The notes beneath the pieces were generated by a model. The model was not told where the DNA came from and ran no database searches. It saw nothing but the letters and a program-made list of their open reading frames with translations. Source: Octopus vulgaris (Eukaryota). From it: a stretch of DNA of 64,000 nt. Shown here in pieces: positions 42,932 through 55,336 of the stretch (positions within the stretch are counted from its first letter, which is position 1; each line of letters begins with the position of its first letter). Both the position numbers and the translations under genes were made by a program. The DNA lies in contig OX597814.1 of NCBI GenBank assembly GCA_951406725.2, forward strand, positions 158,534,001-158,598,000, read 5' to 3'.

Positions 42932-43065
42932 CGGTTTATTTAATTTATATTAAAATTTTATGTATTGATTAAGTCTTTCCTTGTTTGGTTTTAAAATAGT
43001 GGTTTTGTCTCGAATTATATTATATTATATATATATATATATATACTTTATTTTAAGCAGCAGAA

Positions 43066-43145
<80 letters not shown>

Positions 43146-43412
43146 TATATTTATATATATATATATACATTTATATATATATATACATTTATATATATAT
43201 ATACATTTATATATATATATATGTATATATATATGTGTGTATATATATATATATATGTGCATATATATATATGTATATATATATACAACAAATTAAGGAA
43301 CGGCCATAATAGGCCGTTCAACCCACTAGAAATAACAGCCAAGGCTTCAACCGCAAAATAGTAGTAATTCCGTAAACCAGGAGAAAATTAAAAAAAACAT
43401 TTACCCTGTTCA

Positions 43413-43513
43413 TCTTTAGACAATGCATTGTTTCATCGTTTTTTAATGGTAAATCAGCCTGATAAATTAAATCAAGTCAATCTTCCATAGGCCAACAAAT
43501 TCATCAGTAAAGA
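43413..43513 (-). ncRNA. Type I hammerhead ribozyme motif with long stem II (family B, - copy)
   Basis: Minus strand reads TCTTTA-CTGATGA-...-GAAACAATGCATTGTC-TAAAGA, giving a 6-bp stem I. Confidence 0.75.
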
Positions 43514-44094
43514 AAGCCAGGAGGGAAAGAAATTACACGAGGCAGCAACATTACCGCTTCGGCAATATCTGACCTAAAATTTTCGAACTCATCGTACTCG
43601 CGCCAAATTTATCGGCAGCAAATATAAGCTGCCGATTCCATTTCGGAATTAAACAGAAAATTCATAATTAATCAATATATGGTAGGAAAAAATTCAGCAG
43701 AAATTATTTTGCCACCAGCGGTCTAGTGAGAAAAAGGAAATAGTCAGAGACTATTAATCAATTCAACAACAAATTAAGGAACGACCATAATAGGCCGTTC
43801 AACCCACTAGAAATAACAGCCAAGGCTTCAACCGCAAAATAGTAGTAATTCCGTAAACCAGGACTATTTCCTTTTTCTCACTAGACCGCTGGTGGCAAAA
43901 TAATTTCTGCTGAATTTTTTGCTACCCTATATTGATTAATTATGAATTTTCTGTTTAATTCCGAAATGGAATCGGCAGCTTATATTTGCTGCCGATAAAT
44001 TTGGCGCGAGTACGATGAGTTCGAAAATTTTAGGTCAGATATTGCCGAAGCAGCAATGTTGCTGCCTCGTGTAATTTCTCTCCCTCCTAGATTT

Positions 44095-44194
44095 CTTTAC
44101 TGATGAATTTGTTGGCCTATGGAAGATTGACTTGATTTAATTTAATCAGGCTGATTTACCATTAAAAAACGATGAAACAATGCATTGTCTAAAG
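44095..44194 (+). ncRNA. Type I hammerhead ribozyme motif with long stem II (family B, + copy)
   Basis: CTTTA-CTGATGA-[67-nt imperfect hairpin]-GAA-ACAATGCATTGT-C|TAAAG. Stem I CTTTA/TAAAG, palindromic stem III, GUC triplet. Confidence 0.75.
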
Positions 44195-44422
44195 TTGAAC
44201 AGGGTAAATGTTTTTTTTAATTTTCTCCTGGTTTACGGAATTACTACTATTTTGCGGTTGACGCCTTGGCTGTTATTTCTAGTGGGTTGAACGGCCTATT
44301 ATGGCCGTTCCTTAATTTGTTGTTGAATTGATTAATAGTCTCTGACTATTTCCTTTTTCTCACTAGACCGCTGGTGGCAAAATAATTTCTGCTGAATTTT
44401 TTGCTACCCTATATTGATTAAT

Positions 44423-44548
<126 letters not shown>

Positions 44549-45034
44549 GAAGGATAAAATCACTAATTTTACCAGGTGGTCAACGTAGAATTAAAAACCT
44601 CATAGGTAAATTTTACAAAATAGTTCATGATTATATACATAATTTTAACAAGGGATTGACTTTACACTACACGTGGGAATAAAAGAAAGATGTGAATTCT
44701 ACTTTGCAGTATAATTCTACGAGTGTAGATGGATATTGGTTATGCGACGTCGCAGCTCGCATGCATATTTTGCGATACTCGTAAATTTATGCTATGGAAT
44801 ACCGCCGCTTATGAGAGTAGTAGGTAATATTCCTTTACTTTAAGCTTGAAACAGGCTCATGGACGCGGTCAACTGAAAAGTTGTTGATTCATTATTTTTC
44901 TTTTGCTCGCTTACAATATAGTGTGTTATTCTCGGAGATTTTAAGGTGGTAATAGGGCATTTGGCATCTATTTCTACTGTGCGTGGTGAGGAGTAAAGCC
45001 AATCCCTTGTTATAATTATGTATATAATTATGAA

Positions 45035-45092
<58 letters not shown>

Positions 45093-45154
45093 GAGAGGGA
45101 GAGAGAGCGAGAGATCAGAATCTTGACTAATTGTTATTATTATTATTATTACTA

Positions 45155-45242
<88 letters not shown>

Positions 45243-45266
45243 CCTTATTATTATTATTATTATTAT

Positions 45267-45975
45267 TTGTCTTACTTGAACATGTACTTGCGGCGGCATT
45301 CACCCGGGTAGGTTTAAGTCGATTCCGACCAAAGTTTCCGACCTTACGAATGCTAACCATATCCGAAGAAGTTTGACAAATGCCCCACAGGGAGAGCAAG
45401 CGCGTCAGATAACGTGGACGCCGTAGCCGTAGTCGTTATTCGCTGTTGAGGTATAGAGTTCTTGTTCGGAGTTTCAATTGAAAAACGAGTTCACATGTGG
45501 TCCCCGGTCACTTGCGTACACACTTTGGTATAGAGTGATCTGTAGCAGCTCATCTTGCCGTCCATAGTCGACCGTCGCATAGGATTCGTTGACCAAGTTA
45601 CCGCCGATTATCGGAGCTGATGTAACCTGGGTTTGAAGCGGGTTCTAGAGACAAGCTTTAACAAAAATTCAGGAGTGCCTCACTCCCAGTGGTCTTCCAA
45701 CATGCCGGAGCCAACCTGGAATTTTTGTAGGCCCTTCCTATTGCTAGATAATTGCTGAACCTAGACTAAGTTCATCCGTCCTATTGACAGGTTTTATTTT
45801 TAGTCCTGTTGGATTTCCAGCAATCCACCTCACAAGGCAAGCCTAGTGGAGGGTGGTGATTTAGCCACAGACGACCTCATCATGCAACAGGTTGGACTGG
45901 TTTCCATGTTACCATACCACTCATGAGAGACTTCACAATTGTAGTCAGGTCAATTATGAGGTCTCTCATGATCTG
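45267..45975 (-). mobile_element. Putative 5' region of a non-LTR element abutting (TAA)n
   Basis: GC-richer, structured block next to a long (TTA)n tract, with a 21-bp-arm hairpin at 45921-45971. No RT motifs seen. Confidence 0.35.
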
Positions 45976-46995
45976 TAATCATGAAGACTGGCAATGATTT
46001 CCTTTTTCATCTTTGGAATTAATATTGATTTCCCAGTCTACATAATTCTGCCGTGTCAGCTTCATGTATACAGGTTAAGTATTGTTGCTAGGAATGGGAA
46101 ACTTTATCGATTCTTGGAACTGTTCTATGAGCGTATATAAGAGTAGAGCATTCGTACCTTGTAATGTTTTTGTTCCTCTTGCTTCGCAATATAATAACAT
46201 TTCTGTTGCTGTTTGTGTGTCATTGGGACACACATTATTTAGTCCTATAGTGACACTGTAAAAATTATTTTATATTTGTTACAGATTTTTATTTAAGACG
46301 TACTCATATTTTCCTAAAAACATGTTAATGATTTACAGTATTGTGTTATTATTTTCTAGAGATATTTGCTAAATACTTGTTACATTTAGTTTACCATTTT
46401 TTCAGAGATGTTACACATCACCCAAGTAATAGATTCAATGATTAGAATATTTTCACCAAAGCGTTATAAGGAAAGGTTTAAACCTTTTGTTGCTAAGGAA
46501 ACATAAATATATATTTGCAAAAACATTTCTTAATGCTTTCACCATTTACGATTTTGCTGACACAATTTGATTTATATAATCAAATATTGGTTTGTGAATC
46601 ATTTAGTGATTAGTTTAGCAATAATACTGAATATCAACCTTTATTTTAAAGCCAAATGTATCATGGTTCTCTCACATGAACAAGTAAAGAATACTTATGA
46701 AAACAATGTCTTTATATCTTACATTACTTATTTTATATATTATTTGATATGCATAGGTGTGTGGACGTGTGTGCGTGTATGTGTATGTGTGTGTGTGCAT
46801 GCGTGTGTGTGTGTGCGTGCGTGTGTGTGAGTGTGCGTGTTGAAGTAGCTCTAATAATGTAACCAATATCCGTGGTATATACATAGTATATGTGTTTTGT
46901 TTATACCTCAATTCGCTGCGTTCTAGGAAATCTCTCTACTCCACGCCGAGTGTTAAAGAACACTGAATATCCACTATGTAGGAGCAAATGGTAAC

Positions 46996-47041
<46 letters not shown>

Positions 47042-47057
47042 ATACGTAGGTATGTAT

Positions 47058-47106
<49 letters not shown>

Positions 47107-48582
47107 CGTGTGTATGATGCATGTATGTATATATAGAGAGAGATACGCTTATATAGTCAATAAAATAAATAGTTAACCGTGAGAAAGGAACAAAATAATT
47201 AAGTATTTATAGCTTCGAATTTAAAAGACTACGATTTAAAAAATTACTTCACATCTATTGGTATTAATCACTATAGTAACAGGTGTCTAATCCTTTAACA
47301 TTAATCAAGCCCCAGCTTATTGTGATCAATATGACACTGATCCTAATTGCCAGATTATGAAAACATAGAATATTGTGCGTTACATAAAATTCTCTTCGTT
47401 TGGTTTTTAAAACAAGTTTAATTGGAGGTCGCGTCTCAAATATTCTAATTAAACCCGATACGTTTCCTTTCAGTGAAATGTAATAAACTACTTCCCGTAC
47501 AATGAGCCGACTAAGAGAGCCTTCACGCATATCCTTTTGAAATAGATCAATATCTGAATGCCAGATTAAACTGTCGGATAGGAATTGTTGTTTATCTTAC
47601 CAAATGGTTGGATTTAAAATTAAATAACTCACTCATCGGTTACTAATGAAAAGAGAGCGTGTTTGACGTAAATTTACCACTTTGCTTGGATCGGAAATAT
47701 TTTACTAGGTATTGATCCTGTAGCAATTATTTTAATGTCAATGCTATTTTTAACACTGCTAATAGATATTGCTGAAATGAATCATTACACTAATACGATT
47801 CTCAATTAGACGAAAATGAAATATAATCAATATTCCATGGTTTGAATTTAGAAGTAACTATTTGTAAGTCTCGATGGGAAATTTAGTAACACAAGTTATA
47901 CGAAGTATAATATAAAGCAAATGTTGATAGCCTGGATTTCAATTTGTTAAAGGTTCTACTTTTCAATTCTGTGTACAACTTAAGAGATAAACGCAATAAA
48001 CAGAAGTAAGACATTATATATCTATGCTGGTTTTGCCTCACGGGAAACCTATGAAAATAATCAAACCGAAATAAAACAAAATATAGTTCAAGTTTTACGA
48101 AATCCCACCAACTCTGTATCGAGTTCATTTCAATGTATCCGTTCATTTCAATGTTATAATAACGCATATTTTAATACAGAATAATACAATCGGATTGTGA
48201 AATAAATCGTGCATATACGAAAATATATGCCATAACAAATTGAACTATGATATTTCCTATGTATTTCAAGCCCAAGGATATACATATTTGTGTATGTGTA
48301 TACGTACAAATATACATACTTGTATATATATATGTGTGTGTGTGTGTATTTATGTATGTATGTGTTTATGTATACATGAATACATATATACATAAATGTG
48401 CATGTACGTGTGTAACATTATAATGTAATGCGTATGCACGACAAATAAACATTTACATTAGACCTCAATAAAATTGAATGCATTACATCAACATGTGTGG
48501 ATGCAGAAAAATACACACGGCTGCATCTCTTACGATATGTTTTACAGCACATCGCAAAAGATATATATACAAATACATATAC

Positions 48583-48650
<68 letters not shown>

Positions 48651-48853
48651 ATAGGTGAATGAATTGTCCTATGTTTATCGTCAGCATGGAAAATTCGTTG
48701 AACCGATACCAGGGTAGCAAATTCGCGTCAGAAACACGGTTGAAGCGACCTGTCCAAGGGTAGAAACTCCGGGTTCATTTGCAGAAATTTGTGTGTTATA
48801 TATGAATAAATGAAAGAATGGAGTCGAACGAAGATGTTAACAAAATTCCTTTA

Positions 48854-48935
48854 CTCTCGACATATGTTTCGAAGACAACATGGTTTCATTCCAAAGGAAT
48901 AAAGGGTGTAAGATGCAATCTTCTCATCAGGAAAG
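48854..48935 (-). ncRNA. Type I hammerhead ribozyme motif in 3' pLTR (family C, - copy, sense to the GIY-YIG ORF)
   Basis: Reverse complement of 50313-50394, downstream of the GIY-YIG stop codon. Confidence 0.8.
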
Positions 48936-49211
48936 AAAGGGAGCCTCTCTCGGCAATAAGACAAACAAAAATTTCGATGACCGCCTATGTGGTAAACAAA
49001 ACGACAATAAATGATTTTTAAAAAAACCGTTAGAAGATTTGACGTCAAAGTTAGATAGTAGGAAGAGAAGGGTTAAAGGAATGATAGGTAGGGAACCAGT
49101 GGAAAGGGAAGGGTACATTTGTTAAGAAAGTTCAAAGGCTTAGGAAAGAATTTCGCTATTGAAGTGGAGTGCACGTTAAGCTAATTGTTCAAAGCACGAT
49201 GCCTATCGTAA

Positions 49212-49601
49212 TCATTTGTAAGAGTAAAAAGTATGTTTCTGCCAGTGCTTATATTTATACGATTTCTCTATGAGCGTGTTTACAAGGGGAACCTTAGAGA
49301 AGAAGATATGGAAGAGCTCAGAGTTGCAAATGTTACAAAATCTCCTGACCTTATCAAAAGGAAAGGATACAGACAGTATGAACCAATCTAACTTGAAATC
49401 TATATTATTGTCTTTAAGACGCCAAACTAATTTACTTAGCCCTGTACTATGTCGTTTTTTACTATCCCTGAATGTTGAATAATGGTTTGAAATTCTCTTG
49501 GATAACTGGGAAGTGGACGCTCCTATATAGAAGAAGACATCGGTACCAGAGGAGATTCTACACTGGTAAATAGAATTCTCAATCTTAGAATTACTAGACA
49601 A
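49212..49601 (-). pseudogene. Penelope-like GIY-YIG endonuclease domain
   Basis: SIYQCRI...FYIGAST...KRISNHYSTF...LSKLVWRLK...CNICNSE...LVN. Confidence 0.85.
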
Positions 49602-50312
49602 AAATTTAATTCTGTTGGGGTTGTCCTCCGAGATCGAAACGAAGTTTTTATTGCTATGATTGTTGTTAATATTTTTATTAGCGCTAGCAACTACACTATT
49701 CCTATTATTGTTAGTATTATTAATGGTAATACAATCAGTAATTCCTCCAACAATAATACCGTTATTGTTATCACCATCAACATTACCATTGTTATTAACA
49801 CGACTGATACTATTATTAATATTATCATTGTTAACACTATCGCTACTATCATTGCTATTACTATTAATACTATTCCTATTATTATGACTGTATGATGGGT
49901 TGGAATTAGCAAGATTAATGTTGGAACTCCCGGGTGAAGAATCTTTATTTAGCAGCTTGGTATTGTGAGAAGATATAATTTGCGAAAGATTTCTAGTGTT
50001 AGAGAAAGCGATTCTAACTATGTGGGAATTGATAATAGAATAATATCAAGAATTTCTGGGAAAGTTCCTAGCAAGAGCTTCACGGAACTGCAAGGGAAGG
50101 TTCGATTTAATTTGTTTTCAGAAAGGTATTACGACCCTTCCCTTTCCACTGGTTCCCTACCTATCATTCCTTTAACCCTTCTCTTCCTACTATCTAACTT
50201 TGACGTCAAATCTTCTAACGGTTTTTTTTTAAATCATTTATTGTCGTTTTGTTTACCATGTAGACGGTCATCGAAATTTTTGTTTGTCTTGTTGCCGAGA
50301 GAGGCTCCCTTT

Positions 50313-50394
50313 CTTTCCTGATGAGAAGATTGCATCTTACACCCTTTATTCCTTTGGAATGAAACCATGTTGTCTTCGAAACATATGTCGAGAG
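50313..50394 (+). ncRNA. Type I hammerhead ribozyme motif in inverted pLTR (family C, + copy)
   Basis: CTTTC-CTGATGA-GAAGA..43 nt..TCTTC-GAA-ACATATGT-C|GAGAG. Stem I 5 bp with one GU pair, stem II base 5 bp, palindromic stem III, GUC triplet. Confidence 0.8.
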
Positions 50395-50441
50395 TAAATG
50401 AATTTTGTTAACATCTTCGTTCCACTCCATTCTTTCATGTA

Positions 50442-50497
<56 letters not shown>

Positions 50498-50630
50498 CAT
50501 ATTAGATAGATAGATAGATAGATAGATAGATACATACATACATACATACATACATACATACATACATACATACATACATACATACATACATACATACATG
50601 CATAACATACATTCATGCATACATACATGT

Positions 50631-51864
50631 AGTAGCGGTGCTGATCCCAACATTTGGGATACTTCATTGATCTGTAGAGGAAATCCACCCCATAGATATC
50701 AAAACCCGCAAAATCCTGACAACTGGGAACTTCCACAAAAACAGTGATTTTGACAGGCTCTACCTAAGAAGAAATGAAGGTGGTAGAGGCCTGTGATCAG
50801 TGCAGACGGCATGCTGTATGATATCACTCAAGCAACACCTTCTAAACAACAGCAGCAAAAATAAATATATTAATGCAGTCCTGAAAAGTGAAGTGAGCAA
50901 CATTGTACGAATTGGCAGTGAACTCCTCACGAAACATTCTCTTCCTAATACTCTCCTATACAGCCCCAAAACAGCTAGGCTCTCTTACCTCAGAGAAGAC
51001 CTGGATGGAAAGCACTTAGTATGCAAAAAAAAAAAGACGATGCATAGGTATGTTGTCCGGAAGCTTGAAGAAGACAGTAGAATTGACACAAAACGCAGCC
51101 TCTCTTGGACACAAGACCACTATATCACATTACACTTTGAAAGTTATGCGTTTGCCATCCAGGAACAGGAGAAACTGCCACAAAGTAAGTGGTGAACACT
51201 AGAGACTGTGATGCTCTTGTAATTCCAAGGTGCAACCGCATATGTAGGCTATGTCATGTTTCTGTGGAAGACATTACGCATGTAATTAACAGCTGTCCTA
51301 AAATATCGTCACGGTATTACCTCCCTATGAGGCACGATGATGTTGCTTAAAACAATTTACAAGGCAATCCGCAAAAAGGTCTGTCCAGAAATAAACTTAG
51401 AAAATCATTCTATTATGGAATACATTCATAAGCACTAACTCAAGGAACACTAGTGGAATATTCCCATCAAATCTTCTGTCAAATATAAGCATAACAGGCT
51501 GGATATTGTTGTTTGGGAAGGAGGGGCAAAGATGTGTACCAACATAGAGGTTAGATACCCTACAGATATAAATATCTCTTTGAAAATCAAAGAAAAGAGC
51601 ATATCTATAGACAACTGCTTCGAATCCTCCAGTTTCTATATCCAGACTATGAATTCATATACATACGAAAGAGAAATTTACCAGCTGATTCGTACATTAC
51701 AAGTCCAATCTGTGAGTAGAGCAGTAAAAATATGCAAGACTTTTCTCAAGTTAAATGTTAATTCGTCTGTGTTAATTACATCCCAAAGATGGAACCTTGT
51801 GTCTTTGTTGGAAACCGGCTCCCTCCTCACTGGAAGATTTATAATAATTAAAAAATAGAAGAGA
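50631..51864 (+). mobile_element. 5'-truncated copy of the same (CATA)n-associated RLE LINE family
   Basis: Colinear with ~12420-13692 and has the same 3' end aaaaatagaagag-acatacat. Confidence 0.9.
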
Positions 51865-53087
51865 CATACATGGTAGCTGCTTTCTCGTATATGAACAAAC
51901 ACATTGCTAGAAAGAATCATAGTAAGGAGCCATTCCAATTTATCCCAACAATTTTTCTAAGAAAATATTGATGATATAGTTCCAAACGCCTTAAATGGCT
52001 ACGATAAGCAACCTATGTCTCACTTCCCTATAGCAACGGAAAAGATATACTATGGTGTGGCCAGAGACGCTTGACAAGTCTACAAAAGGCACTACTAGAA
52101 AGAATAAAGAAGTTTTGAATTGTTAGCATTTGAAGCTTCTTGGATTTCATCGCATTTATCACTCCACCAATTTTCCTATATCATCCTCAGCTTCCTCTAC
52201 ACTGTTGCATACACATACATAAATACACGTGAGTATAGACACATATATTAGGTATCTATATCTATGTCCATGTGTAAGATGTAGACCTTCATAAAAAGAA
52301 AATACTCAGCCATAACCTGCCTGATCTTGTCCTCAGCGATGCTCTTCATTCTGTAATAGCTATATCTCACACTTATATTTCTTCATTGACACTACTTTTA
52401 CGAGAATATTGTATCTATTTCAGAACAAAGGCTTCGTAGCAGAAGCTTGATCACTCTTGACCTTTAGCTACCAACATTCTCGCATTTTACTTTTAGCTAC
52501 TTATTTTTGGTTCATCATGTGATGGTCCAGTCCATTTAGTTTTACTTGGACTGTCTATCCCTTAACGTGATGAACTAGCCTAGCGTCCCAATCTTACTAT
52601 TTAAGGGACGATTTTTCCTGCTAATTCCTTAGGGAGGTGAGTTTGCTACGAATGAGTTTTGTATCTTCGACAATGAGAGCAGTGTATTCACTTTGCAGCT
52701 TCAGCAATTACAGAATTGTAACCAGAATCCTTAATGCTATGCTTGCGTTTGCTCAACATTTCAAACTGAATTGTAACTAGAATCTTTTATGCTATGCTTC
52801 ACATTTTTCTAACCTTTCATCTTCAACTTCTATAATCATTTGAATATGTGTAATGCATTGACAATTAATGTCTTACCAGTTTAGTGTATTTCCCTTTAGC
52901 GACGATAATAAATGTTTCAGTCCAGTTAACTTCAATTTGTCTTTGCATTTTCTTATTAATATCCATCCTTTATTATTTTAATGAAAAGACATAATCAAGC
53001 CTTAAACCGCATTTCATACAACAATGACATTCATTGCTAAAGCTTCTTCGATCACTTTATTTAAAGTTTCAAGAATGTGTGTATGCG

Positions 53088-53174
<87 letters not shown>

Positions 53175-53176
<2 letters not shown>

Positions 53177-53430
53177 GCATTGAGGAAAACATACGTAGGT
53201 ATTGTAATTAAAGACAGAGTGATACAAGTATATTACACCAGATTTTTAAAAATATGACAGTCGGAACACTCCTCATACAAAAAGACAATATCTCACAATG
53301 CATTTGCAGTGCCAGTATTGATTCCCACATTTTGGGATTCCTGGTTGGTCTGTTGAAGAAATTCACTCCATAGACGTTAAAACCTGCAAGATACTAGCAT
53401 CACATGGACAATTCCACCGAAATAATGATA
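53175..53430 (+). mobile_element. Internal fragment of a related RLE LINE
   Basis: ISHNAFAVPVLIPTF segment homologous to 12320-12545. Confidence 0.75.
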
Positions 53431-53723
53431 TCCACACGCACACACACACACACATGTGAATATATATATATATATATATATATATTCGTGAGTTGAGTTG
53501 ACCAAACACTATACGAGAGAGATTTTCTTTAAGTATTAGAAATGGTTTTTAAAAAAGTTTTTTAGCTGCTATTTCTAATGAGTTCAGTATGCGGCAAAGT
53601 AATTTATTTTACTAAGCCCTTTTATATATTGTAATAATTTGAATTCGCCTTAAATGGTCCCTTTGCATACTGAACACTTGGTGAAATTAATTAATAATTA
53701 ATTAATTTTACCCTCAATTGTTG

Positions 53724-53765
<42 letters not shown>

Positions 53766-53781
53766 CATATATACACACACA

Positions 53782-53834
<53 letters not shown>

Positions 53835-54071
53835 ATGTGTGTGTGTATATACATATATATATATATAAGTGGGTGAAACCACGTAGACATTCCGGACTTC
53901 GACTGAGGAGACAATTAGCTGCAAATGATCCGAGTATCTTGTTTTGTGCTGTTTACCGTGGTCGTGCTATCGTCTGTTTTCCGCATGTTGTGCTTTGACG
54001 GATTCCGTTTGTTGTGTTTTTTCTGTTCTACCCTTTATATATATATATATATACACATATATGCATATATG

Positions 54072-54113
<42 letters not shown>

Positions 54114-54451
54114 TATGTGTACATATGTACGTATATGTATGTATGTGTGTGTGAGTGCATCTGTGTGTGTATGTGTATCCATATGTCAGTGGTCGGAAGG
54201 TAGAGTAAACACGTGAGAATGTTTGGTTTTCTAGCTTAACATCTAAATATATCAAGCAGAATGAATACCTACCTCGAAGCTGTGAAAATCATTTCACTTG
54301 AAGTAATGAAAAATAAAAATCCAATTTATAATTATATCATTTAAACATGTTATTTTTTTCGGGAAATAATTGACGAGCCCTTTTCTGAAAATGTTATAAA
54401 AACTTAGGAAAATGTTAATCACGATTGCTTTATTTATTTCCTATATCTAAT

Positions 54452-55336
54452 TACGTGGTCTAATCAATAAGTATCCAGACTGTTGCCATAGTAACAAAGC
54501 TGAAGCAGACAGAGTAAAGCCGCTTGGCATAGATTGACCTTGAACAGTGCTGTGTATGTGCTTTAAGTTTTAACGTTCTAGCTCTCTTCCACTATGTACA
54601 GTCGTGCTTGGAAGGAAGGTATGTAGCGTATGACCGTCGCATTGACAATGACAGAGTGAGTTGAGCAGAGAATCTGCATCAAATTTTGGCAAAAGCTTAG
54701 CGATACTCGCTCAGAGGCCTACGCAAAGTTTTCAAAAAGTTTTCATCGTTCTCGACACAATCAACGAAATCTTGTGCGACTGAAAATCGAGTGTCTTTTT
54801 GGTCAGCTGAAAGCAGTTTTGACACAAACTTGGCAGACACGCGTCTCAAACCAAAATCTTCAGTGATAATGGACTGAACTGAGAAGTAACTAATCTGCAC
54901 ATCCTCTGATAACTCACGGATGGGGATTCGATTATTTCTCCTCACAACTGCATGCACATCTGTGATGCTTTTCTCAGTTCTGCTGGATGAGGGTCTTCCA
55001 TAACGTTCGTCAATATCGACATATTTTCGGGCATCTTGGAAGCGTCTAAACCACTCATACACATGTATGCAGCTTATACACTACTCTCAATACACTTTGT
55101 GCAACTTAGCGTAGGCCTCTCAGACAGCTTTCTCTATCCTGATCAATGCGATGATCACACGCTACACACCTTCCTTCCAAGTACTGCTCTAATCAACGGA
55201 GGTGAGCTAGAACGTTAAAACTTAGTGCGCATGCACAGCAGAGTTTAAGGTCAATCTTTACCAAGCAGCTTTACTCTGCATGCTTTAGCTTTGTTACTAT
55301 GGCAACAGTCTTGATACTTATTGGTCAGACCTCGTA
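54452..55336 (-). mobile_element. Non-autonomous mariner made of two inverted left ends
   Basis: TA-flanked TIRs with inverted similarity extending ~270 bp. Minus-strand ORF YEWFRRF...GRPSSS...RRVSAKFVSKLLS. Confidence 0.88.

Larger units (their letters stand above)
42714..43025. repeat. Inverted repeat, 149-bp arms with 14-bp spacer (Penelope pLTR-like)
   Basis: Arms 42714-42862 and 42877-43025 are reverse complements. Embedded in (TA)n. Confidence 0.9.
48800..50450 (-). mobile_element. 5'-truncated Penelope-like element with inverted pseudo-LTR
   Basis: Minus strand: linker SNLPLQFREALARNFPRNS*YYSIINSH...SHNTKLL, an Asn/Ser-rich stretch, then a GIY-YIG ORF. ~315-bp inverted arms at ~48800-49114 and 50134-~50450. 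Confidence 0.85.

Noticed and set aside
53895-53935. CTGAGGA-gac...gct-gcaaatgatccgag hammerhead-like remnant
   Set aside because: The GAAA core and stem II are mutated; too degenerate to call.
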